A DNA stretch of 32,000 bases, taken from assembly GCF_001945605.1 (NCBI RefSeq), contig NZ_MPKA01000113.1, forward strand, positions 30,001-62,000. The letters are read 5' to 3'. Both the position numbers and the translations under genes were made by a program. This stretch comes from Dubosiella newyorkensis (GTDB lineage: Bacteria > Bacillota_I > Bacilli_A > Erysipelotrichales > Erysipelotrichaceae). The notes under the pieces were generated by a model. It did no database searches. It was not told the DNA's origin and saw nothing but the letters and a program-made list of their open reading frames with translations. Positions 25,402 to 32,000 of this stretch are shown piece after piece. How positions within the stretch are numbered: position 1 is the stretch's first letter; every line of letters starts with the position of its first letter.

Positions 25402-25891
25402 CTATTTCTCCTTATTTTCTATTTTTAGCCGAAATGTTTTGTGATCAGCTGTGGTCGAATGATGATGTTTCCACCCGCGATAAAAGAGTGTTCTCGAGAA
25501 ATGACTCGACAAATTTTTATGGGGTAGCCATATTGCCTTCAGCAATGCTAGGTACGTTTCATACAAAGCCTCTTTGATCGTAGAACAGTCAGTCATCGAT
25601 CTGTTGTTAAAGGATCCGAATCCAAAATTCATAAGTCTCTTTGATGTGACTAGTGATTGAAAAATCAACTTCATTTCCGATGGCTTAGATGTCTTTGACT
25701 GAGTTGACATGGATTCCTTTGTTCTTCTCTACAGCGCCGCAAGAGTCTGGTAAGGAACGGATCGCTGACGGCTTTTTAGGACATCCATATCTTTTGTGCT
25801 CATCAATTCGCTCTTTTCTGATTACAGTTGTGAGTATACACGAAAAGAAATCGCTTTCAAAATAATTTATAAAAATAGAATGTACTTTCAT
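25402..25891 (-). other. Two overlapping same-strand ORFs (68 and 102 aa, different frames): possible gene relic or long nan leader
   Basis: From the ORF track, 25685-25891 and 25402-25710 overlap by 26 nt. No family is recognised and the RBSs are poor. The second ORF stops 2 nt before the nanA ATG. Confidence 0.25.
25833..25860 (-). promoter_or_regulatory. Candidate promoter of the nan operon
   Basis: On the minus strand, TTGAAA (25855-25860) -16 nt- TATACT (25833-25838). This would give a leader of about 425 nt. Confidence 0.4.
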
Positions 25892-26000
25892 AAATAGGAG
25901 AAATGTGGAGAATAAACGAAATGTAAACCCTTACAAATTGAAATTAATTTCTGATCAAATCGCTTTTATTGTAAGTAAATTTTTGCTATAGGAGGAAAAG

Positions 26001-26034
26001 AAAATAAAAAAAGAAATAGAGCTCTGCTATTTCT
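26001..26034 (-). terminator. Terminator of the HAD / C-N hydrolase operon
   Basis: The minus strand reads agaaatag-cagagct-ctatttct followed by a T-rich run (ttttttattttc). The hairpin includes the TAG stop. Confidence 0.7.
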
Positions 26035-26806
26035 GGATAATTTCATAAAGGTCGTTTCGCCGCTGTTCCCATAAAGGCATTCGTTCTCGAATTGTATCGA
26101 CATAGTTAGGATCTATAGAAACAGATGCGATTTCTTGTTCATTCTTCATTTCATATATACATCTTCCGAAGGGGTCGATGATCATAGAGTGTCCATACAT
26201 GTTACAATTCTTCGCTCGATAATAAGGAGAAACGCCGACAACGAAGATCTCGTTTTCGATCGCACGAGCCTTTAAAAGCGCTTCCCAATGAAGGGGTCCT
26301 ACTTGATCGTTGAAGGCGGCAGGCACAAAGAGGATCCGGATCCCTTTTTGAGCTAAGATCCGTGTCAGCTCTGGGAATCGTATATCATAACAAATCACGA
26401 TCCCGCAACGGATCCCATTCAAATCAAAGGTACAAAACGAGTTTCCAAGTTCGAATACGTCGCTTTCTTTGTATTCCTTTTTCGCTCGTACATGTAAAAG
26501 ATGCATTTTCGCATAGGCAGCGATTTCTTTTCCTTGTGGATCGAAGATGAAGCACATATTTTTATGCTTCGAAGCGATAGTTCCACCGACTACATAGACA
26601 TGGTTCTTTTTCGCTAAACACGATAATCTATCATAAAGGTCTTGGGCATAGTTTTCGCTTTGAGCGATCATTCCATTCTCGAAATAGGTCGCGAACAATT
26701 CAGGCAACACGATCACATTCGTGTCATTGACTTCTATGTCTTGAAGATGTTGGATGTTTTTTCGAATCGAAGCTTGCGTGTGAAATTGGATCATCGTGAT
26801 CTTCAT
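26027..26806 (-). CDS. Carbon-nitrogen hydrolase (nitrilase superfamily, omega-amidase-like)
   Basis: The catalytic triad context is VLPELF (Glu), YAKMHL (Lys) and VICYDIRFPE (Cys). Confidence 0.85.
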   Translation of the reverse strand: MKITMIQFHTQASIRKNIQHLQDIEVNDTNVIVLPELFATYFENGMIAQSENYAQDLYDRLSCLAKKNHVYVVGGTIASKHKNMCFIFDPQGKEIAAYAKMHLLHVRAKKEYKESDVFELGNSFCTFDLNGIRCGIVICYDIRFPELTRILAQKGIRILFVPAAFNDQVGPLHWEALLKARAIENEIFVVGVSPYYRAKNCNMYGHSMIIDPFGRCIYEMKNEQEIASVSIDPNYVDTIRERMPLWEQRRNDLYEIIQK

Positions 26807-27591
26807 AAGATCCCCCTTTCTTTTAAAAAATCATAAATGCCCCCTACCTTGACGCTAGGGACATGGTTGGAGATCTTGGCTAAGATCCGGGGATCGCCAT
26901 CTTCCATGGCGCCTGCTAAAGAAGCGTGTTGGAGCATTTCTAGATCGTTGAGCGCGTCTCCAAAAGCCATATAGGCCCTCGGATCGAAACCAAAATGTCG
27001 CATTAAAAGACGAATACCATGATATTTGCTGAGTCCTTTTTTCATAATGTCGACCGACAACAAATTATAAAGGACTTGCACATTTGGAATGGACTCATAA
27101 TCGCGACGTTTGGCTTGCGTGTCTTCGACACATAAAGAAATAATACAAAAAGCGTCTTCTTTTTTCGGTGCGCGGCATGGGATATTGACGCAAGAAACTT
27201 TATGGAGCAACTCAAGCGTGATTGGATCTTCTTGGGTGATCAAAGCACAATTGCCGGCCGCAAAGATACCGATGTTTTCTTTTGAAGCTAGCTTGAAGAT
27301 CGCATCCGCGCTCTTTTTTGAAATCGGGTCTTCAAAAAGAGGATGAAGATCTTGATCATACACATATGAGCCATTCCCTGCGACGATTCCGTCCCAAGGA
27401 AAGAGGGAGAGGATCTTTAAATTTTCAAGAAGAGGAAGCGCGCGTCCTGTGCATAGGCAGACTTTGATGCCTTTTTGATGAAGCAGCTCAAGCATTCTTT
27501 GATGCTTATCAGGAATTTGATGGGCTTGATGATCATATAGGGTGCCGTCGATATCAAAGAAGGCGGCTTTGATCGAATTTTGTTCTTTCAT
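26803..27591 (-). CDS. Cof-type HAD phosphatase
   Basis: FFDIDGTLYD and FGDALNDLEM. ATGA overlap with the downstream hydrolase gene. Confidence 0.85.
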   Translation of the reverse strand: MKEQNSIKAAFFDIDGTLYDHQAHQIPDKHQRMLELLHQKGIKVCLCTGRALPLLENLKILSLFPWDGIVAGNGSYVYDQDLHPLFEDPISKKSADAIFKLASKENIGIFAAGNCALITQEDPITLELLHKVSCVNIPCRAPKKEDAFCIISLCVEDTQAKRRDYESIPNVQVLYNLLSVDIMKKGLSKYHGIRLLMRHFGFDPRAYMAFGDALNDLEMLQHASLAGAMEDGDPRILAKISNHVPSVKVGGIYDFLKERGIL

Positions 27592-27681
27592 GATTCAATC
27601 CTAGCAGAAATCAATGAAAGACTAAATAGGCAAGATAGAAAAGGAAAGGAATAAATGTATATGTGATTTTGTTGTTATGTA

Positions 27682-27711
27682 TAGACAAATAAAACCTCTT
27701 AGGATTATAAT
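27682..27711 (+). promoter_or_regulatory. Candidate promoter of manA
   Basis: TAGACA (27682-27687), an 18-nt spacer, then TATAAT (27706-27711). Confidence 0.55.
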
Positions 27712-27739
27712 GAGATTATAGAAAAGAGGGATGATGTAA

Positions 27740-28705
27740 ATGTCGATCATTAAATTGGCCCCTGCGTTTAAAGATTATCTTTGGGGCGGAACGAAACTGA
27801 AGGAAAAATATGGTAAAGTCACGGATATGGATCCTCTAGCTGAAAGCTGGGAATTATCCGTCCACAAAGATGGACCTAGCACAGTTGTGAGTGGTGAAGA
27901 TGCCGGCTTGACGTTTACGCAATATTTAGAGCGAAAAGGAAGAGAAATACTAGGAACGAATTGTGAACGCTTCGATCGATTCCCAATCTTGATCAAATTC
28001 ATCGATGCCTTACAACCATTATCGATCCAAGTGCACCCAGATAATGAATACGCACTTCGTGTCGAAGGCGAATATGGAAAGACGGAAATGTGGTATATTT
28101 TGGATTGTGATCCAGGATCGACTTTGTATTTTGGTGTCAATCAGCCAATTTCTAAAGAAGAATTTAGAGAGCGTATCGAAAACAACACGCTTTTAGAAGT
28201 GTTGAAGGAAGTGCCGGTCCACAAAGGCGATGTATTCTTTATCAAAGCCGGCACGCTTCATGCGATCGGTGGCGGTATTCAAATTTGCGAGATCCAGCAA
28301 AATTCGAACACGACGTATCGCGTTTATGATTTTGGACGTGTTGGAAAAGATGGAAAGCCTAGAGAACTTCATATCGACAAGGCGATCGATGTATCGAACT
28401 TGAACCCGATCGATTCGGATTTCAAAGCATGTGGTCCGCGGTTCATCACAAAGGATGCGGAAACGCAAATGCTGGCAACTTGTGAAAACTTTACGACATT
28501 TGAAACAAGTTTGGATGGAACAATCGAGATCGATGTGAATGAAAAATCATTTGGTTCTATCATCGTTGTAGAAGGAAGCTGCACGATCGAAAATAATGGC
28601 ACAGTGATCGAAGCGATGAAAGGGGATTCGATCTTTGCGGATGCAGGAAGCGGTCTTGTGAAGATCAGCGGTAAATGTCAATATATTTATACATGTGAAG
28701 TATAA
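27740..28705 (+). CDS. manA: Mannose-6-phosphate isomerase, class I
   Basis: All metal-ligand motifs are intact: SIQVHPD, GKTEMWYIL, GTLHAIG, plus TYRVYDFGR. Confidence 0.9.
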   Translation: MSIIKLAPAFKDYLWGGTKLKEKYGKVTDMDPLAESWELSVHKDGPSTVVSGEDAGLTFTQYLERKGREILGTNCERFDRFPILIKFIDALQPLSIQVHPDNEYALRVEGEYGKTEMWYILDCDPGSTLYFGVNQPISKEEFRERIENNTLLEVLKEVPVHKGDVFFIKAGTLHAIGGGIQICEIQQNSNTTYRVYDFGRVGKDGKPRELHIDKAIDVSNLNPIDSDFKACGPRFITKDAETQMLATCENFTTFETSLDGTIEIDVNEKSFGSIIVVEGSCTIENNGTVIEAMKGDSIFADAGSGLVKISGKCQYIYTCEV

Positions 28706-28813
28706 AACCTATAAAAACTGTTGGCCTATCGGATATGGTTGACAGTTTTTTTTGTCGATTTTTTTAGAAAAGAAGATTATGATATGACTATATATCATAT
28801 AAAGGAGAGGGTT

Positions 28814-29443
28814 ATGAAACTACAAGCAGCATTAGATACGCTTACGCTAGAAAAATGTGAAGAATTGCTGGAAAAGGCAGGAAATTCCATTGATATTGCC
28901 GAAGTGGGAACGCCATTTATTTTAAAAGAAGGCATGGTTCCGGTACAGGCTTTAAAAAAGCGGTTTCCAGACATTCTTGTATTGGCGGATACGAAAATCA
29001 TGGATGCTGGCGAATACGAGGCGGAAGGATGCTTTAAAAGAGGAGCCGACATCGTGACTGTATTAGGAGTCAGCTATGATGAAACGATCGAAGGTGTCGT
29101 AAAAGCCGCAAAAAAGTATGGAAAGCAAGTGATGGTGGATATGATTGGCGTAAAAGACTTAGCGAAACGAAGCGAAGAAGTCGATCAAATGGGAGTCGAT
29201 TATATTTGTGTTCATACTGCTTTTGATATTCAAGAAACGGGTCAACAAGATCCTTTGGAAGATTTGAAGATCGTCAACCAAGTGATCAAGAACGCAAAAA
29301 GCGCCGTAGCTGGAGGAGTTAAGCTGCAAACTTTGGATGCGATCGTTCAAGAAGGCGCGGAAATCATCGTAGTGGGTGGAGCGATCTGCAATGCCGAAGA
29401 TCCAAGCAATATGGCCAAAGCGATGAAAGAAAGAATGATCTAG
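28814..29443 (+). CDS. hxlA: 3-hexulose-6-phosphate synthase
   Basis: AAAGGAGAGGG RBS before the ATG at 28814. Collinear with B. subtilis HxlA as I recall it (LQ.ALD, EVGTP, LADTK.MDAG, VDMI.VK, GVDYICVH, AGG.KL, VVGGAI). Confidence 0.9.
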   Translation: MKLQAALDTLTLEKCEELLEKAGNSIDIAEVGTPFILKEGMVPVQALKKRFPDILVLADTKIMDAGEYEAEGCFKRGADIVTVLGVSYDETIEGVVKAAKKYGKQVMVDMIGVKDLAKRSEEVDQMGVDYICVHTAFDIQETGQQDPLEDLKIVNQVIKNAKSAVAGGVKLQTLDAIVQEGAEIIVVGGAICNAEDPSNMAKAMKERMI

Positions 29444-29455
29444 AAGGAGTTTAAG

Positions 29456-30016
29456 ATGGAATACCAAGAATATGCCAATGAAGTTTTACAGGAATTAAAA
29501 AAGACGCTGCTATCCGTTTCTGTGAACGATACGAGTGCTTTTGTCGATCTGTTACTTGGGGCCAAAGAGATCTTCTGCGCGGGAGCTGGCAGAAGCGGCT
29601 TTGAAATCAAAGGATTTGCGATGCGGTTGATGCACATGGGCTTGAATAGCTATGTAGTTGGAGAGACGTGCACGCCTAATATCGATGAAGGAGGTCTTTT
29701 AGTGATCTGCAGCGGATCAGGAGAGACAAAAAGCCTAGTCAATCATGCTCAAAAAGCAAAGTCTGTGGGAGCGAAGATCGCTTTGATCACGATCGATCCA
29801 AACAGCACGATCGCCAAACTTGCCGATGTGGTGATCGAGATCAGCGCGCCAAGTCCAAAAAGCGCCCATGAAGGAAGAATCCACAGCATCCAGCCAATGG
29901 GTTCGCTTTTTGAACAGACCGAAGGAATTTATATGGATATCGTGATTATGATGCTCATGGAAAGAAAAGGAATGAATTCCGATACAATGTTTGGAAGACA
30001 TGCGAATATGGAATAA
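29456..30016 (+). CDS. hxlB: 6-phospho-3-hexuloisomerase
   Basis: SIS domain: GAGRSGFEIKGFAMRLMHMG, SGSGETKSL, IQPMGSLFEQ. It ends with HANME, close to the HANLE ending of B. subtilis HxlB. Confidence 0.9.
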   Translation: MEYQEYANEVLQELKKTLLSVSVNDTSAFVDLLLGAKEIFCAGAGRSGFEIKGFAMRLMHMGLNSYVVGETCTPNIDEGGLLVICSGSGETKSLVNHAQKAKSVGAKIALITIDPNSTIAKLADVVIEISAPSPKSAHEGRIHSIQPMGSLFEQTEGIYMDIVIMMLMERKGMNSDTMFGRHANME

Positions 30017-30041
30017 AAAAAGATCAAATGATCTTTTTTTA
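30015..30041. terminator. Bidirectional terminator between hxlB and the flavin reductase gene
   Basis: A7-agatc-aaat-gatct-T7. Confidence 0.8.
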
Positions 30042-30551
30042 TTGCACGTAGGCTTTTACGATCTCTCCAATATACATCGTATGGAAATCTTTGTCTGGAT
30101 AATTTTCTTGAATGATCTTTTTATCGATAAATCCTTCTTCCACAATAGGGGCGGCATATAGCTTTTTGCATACTAAGATCAAAGAAGCTTCTTCAAAAAC
30201 GACACCTTCCTTTTCGAAGAGAGGATGAAGAGATGTATGAGCGATTTTATCTTCCTCTTTTCCAGAATGCGAGCCTAAGTACGCGAGATCTTTTTTGTAT
30301 TGATTGGAAAAAGAACAAAGTGTAAAGTACTCGTTGGTATCCATAAAATGTTTGGTATAGCGTTGGGGACGCACATATACGATTGCTGTCGGCATTCCGC
30401 CTTGGTTCCCCCAAATCGCGCCAAGATGTCCCCAGCTGATCGTCATCGTATTCCATCCCTTTTCTTTGGTGCCAGCACTAAGAAGCAGCCAGTCGTTCGC
30501 GAATAAAGTCGAGGGAGAAAGCGAGATTTGTTTTGGATCAATTTCGTGCAT
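30039..30551 (-). CDS. Flavin reductase-like (split-barrel FMN-binding) family protein
   Basis: AGGAGGATATC RBS. 170 aa with NTMTISWG.LG..WG and VYVRP..YT patterns, typical of this family as I recall it. Confidence 0.6.
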   Translation of the reverse strand: MHEIDPKQISLSPSTLFANDWLLLSAGTKEKGWNTMTISWGHLGAIWGNQGGMPTAIVYVRPQRYTKHFMDTNEYFTLCSFSNQYKKDLAYLGSHSGKEEDKIAHTSLHPLFEKEGVVFEEASLILVCKKLYAAPIVEEGFIDKKIIQENYPDKDFHTMYIGEIVKAYVQ

Positions 30552-30578
30552 GATATCCTCCTAAATATTGTTATTTTG

Positions 30579-30629
30579 ATTATAGAAATTGTTTGTTTTT
30601 TTTGCAACGGCCCTTATATAAAATAGAAT
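30579..30629. promoter_or_regulatory. Back-to-back divergent promoters sharing the palindromic -35 hexamer TTGCAA
   Basis: Minus strand: TTGCAA (30602-30607) -17 nt- TATAAT (complement of 30579-30584). Plus strand: the same TTGCAA -16 nt- TAGAAT (30624-30629). Confidence 0.5.
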
Positions 30630-30652
30630 TGTTTGTGAACCAAATCACTTTT

Positions 30653-30681
30653 TTGAAAACGTTTTCTTTGGCCGTTATAAT
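30653..30681 (+). promoter_or_regulatory. Strong sigma-A promoter for the GltD-like gene, overlapped by palindrome GAAAACGTTTTC
   Basis: TTGAAA (30653-30658), a 17-nt spacer, then TATAAT (30676-30681). A 12-bp perfect palindrome lies at 30655-30666. Confidence 0.65.
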
Positions 30682-30725
30682 AATTCCATCTATCAATAAG
30701 ACAGATATAAGGAGTTAAAATAATT

Positions 30726-31949
30726 ATGTTGCATATACAAGATGAATCCAATCGCTGCCTTCAGTGCAAAATTCCGCGTTGCAAATCGGGGTGTCCTATT
30801 TCTACGCCGATCCCGCAAGCGATCGCACTCTTCAAATCAGGGAAGTTGCAGGAAGCTGCTCAAATGCTCTTCGACAACAATCCGCTTTCTTTGATCTGTT
30901 CGATCGTATGCGATCATGCAAAACAATGTGAAGGGCATTGCGTGCTCGGGATTCGCTCAAATCCTGTAGAGTGGGGAAGCATTGAACATTTCATTTCAGA
31001 CACTTATTTAGAGCGTGTCGTTTTAAAAACGAAAGAGCCGACAGGCAAGCAAGTTGCGATCATTGGTTCAGGACCAGCTGGCATGGGAGCGGCTTTCGAA
31101 CTAAGAAAACTCGGCCATGAAGTGACGATTTATGAAGCTCAAAGTCAAATTGGCGGGATGCTTCGATATGGAATTCCTGAATTCCGGCTTCCTAAAAGCA
31201 TTTTGGATCGATATGAAAAGAAAATGAAAGACGCTGGGATCCATCTTCGACTGCACACTGCGATCGGAAGCTCGATCTCGATTTCGGATCTAAAGCGAGA
31301 TGGGTTTGATGCGGTCTTGATCGCGAGTGGTTTATGGCGCGCCTCTAAACTCAATGTTCCTGGCGAAGCTTTGCCGAATGTTTGCTATGGGATCCATTAT
31401 TTATCGAGTCCTGAATCGTTTGAGATCAAAAATCGTTTGGCGATCATCGGTACGGGAAACACAGCGATCGATGTAGCAAGAACAGCTCTTCATCGAGGCG
31501 TGGGGTATGTGACATTGTATGCAAGACGGGAACAATCCAACGCGGATCCAAAAGAAATCGAGCTCGCGAAACTCGAGGGGGCTGAATTCAAAACGCAAAT
31601 GCAGATCTCTAGGATCACGAAAGAAGGACCGATGTTTAAGCGGGTGCAGTTAGATGAGAATGGTCAGATCGCTTCGATCTATGAAGAAGAAGTGTTCGAG
31701 CCAGCCGATTTTACGATCATCGCTGCTAGCCAAGGACCTAAATCGAAGCTGATCAATACGACACCAGGTCTAAAAGGAACAGAAAAAGGACTTCTTCAAG
31801 TGGATGAGGAAGGCGCGACTTCTGTGGATGGTATTTTTGGCGCTGGAGATGTCGTATATGGAGGAAGGACGGTCGTAGAGGCTGTCGCGAACGCGAAAAA
31901 AGTCGTTCTGGCGATCGACGCGTATCTAGAAAAAAAAGAATCTTTTTAA
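30726..31949 (+). CDS. GltD/PreT-like NAD(P)H-dependent Fe-S flavoprotein (glutamate synthase small-subunit family)
   Basis: N-terminal Cys clusters CLQCKIPRCKSGCP and CSIVCDHAKQCEGHC. Two dinucleotide folds, IIGSGPAGMGAA and IIGTGNTAIDVA. The C-terminus has GAGDVV. Confidence 0.85.
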   Translation: MLHIQDESNRCLQCKIPRCKSGCPISTPIPQAIALFKSGKLQEAAQMLFDNNPLSLICSIVCDHAKQCEGHCVLGIRSNPVEWGSIEHFISDTYLERVVLKTKEPTGKQVAIIGSGPAGMGAAFELRKLGHEVTIYEAQSQIGGMLRYGIPEFRLPKSILDRYEKKMKDAGIHLRLHTAIGSSISISDLKRDGFDAVLIASGLWRASKLNVPGEALPNVCYGIHYLSSPESFEIKNRLAIIGTGNTAIDVARTALHRGVGYVTLYARREQSNADPKEIELAKLEGAEFKTQMQISRITKEGPMFKRVQLDENGQIASIYEEEVFEPADFTIIAASQGPKSKLINTTPGLKGTEKGLLQVDEEGATSVDGIFGAGDVVYGGRTVVEAVANAKKVVLAIDAYLEKKESF

Positions 31950-31978
31950 AATGCGGTCACGGTTTTTGACCGCATTTT
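31948..31978 (+). terminator. Terminator hairpin
   Basis: aaaatgcggtc-acggttttt-gaccgcatttt. The stem is good, but little free T-run remains after it. Confidence 0.6.
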
Positions 31979-32000
31979 ACTTTCCGGAAATACAGATATA

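Noticed and set aside
25402-25891. IS3-family transposase remnant upstream of nanA
   Set aside because: The only resemblances are faint (RYGCPK, SKRLMNFG). The downstream sequence does not follow the IS3 OrfB pattern, there are no terminal inverted repeats or target duplications, and no DDE motif. It is kept only as an unexplained ORF pair.
28706-28813. Promoter and terminator between manA and hxlA
   Set aside because: A TTGACA at 28739-28744 has no acceptable -10 at 16-19 nt. The surrounding hairpin aaaaactgt-N20-acagttttt is A/T-only with a large loop. This is too weak to annotate, so co-transcription with manA remains open.
1-32000. CRISPR arrays, tRNA/rRNA genes, integrases, phage or plasmid modules, toxin-antitoxin pairs
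   Set aside because: I found no regularly spaced repeats, no cloverleaf-like or rRNA-like segments in the intergenic regions, and no ORFs with recombinase, transposase, capsid or classic toxin motifs on reading through the window.

Overview
This 32-kb window looks like an ordinary chromosomal region of a low-GC Gram-positive (Bacillota-type) bacterium. The signals are AGGAGG-type RBSs, TTGACA/TATAAT promoters and hairpin-plus-T-run terminators. I support 37 protein-coding genes, one of them truncated at the left edge.

Recognisable modules:
- A sialic-acid catabolic operon on the minus strand (nanA, SSS transporter, YhcH/NanQ-like, ROK kinase NanK, RpiR regulator, SGNH esterase; about 19850-25400).
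- A manA-hxlA-hxlB sugar-phosphate / RuMP cluster (27740-30016), divergent from a HAD-phosphatase / C-N-hydrolase pair.
- lon, followed by a translationally coupled PadR-DUF2812-YfcE operon and a thioredoxin.
- Class I fructose-bisphosphate aldolase, tpx, and an HxlR-DUF362-SDR group.
- A Na+/Ca2+-exchanger-family gene, two Cof-type HAD phosphatases, a GNAT, an aminotransferase, a HisJ-type PHP phosphatase, a COG2509-like FAD protein, a flavin reductase and a GltD-like Fe-S flavoprotein.

I saw no rRNA, tRNA, CRISPR array, intact IS element, integrase or phage gene, and no recognisable canonical defence system. I cannot honestly claim a clear new system.

The observations most worth a second look are:
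1. An LMW phosphotyrosine phosphatase translationally coupled to a polytopic membrane protein whose C-terminal domain carries PPPDE/DeSI-like His...Cys motifs.
2. A mannose-6-phosphate-isomerase paralogue that has lost three of the four metal ligands, and that sits behind a perfect 10-bp-arm palindrome.
3. A striking over-representation of GATC throughout the coding sequence, with a local dip over the nan operon.
4. A strong terminator hairpin inside the leader of the cation-exchanger gene.
5. A 626-nt gap upstream of nanA carrying two frame-shifted ORFs.

All family assignments rest on motifs read by eye. No database search was run.
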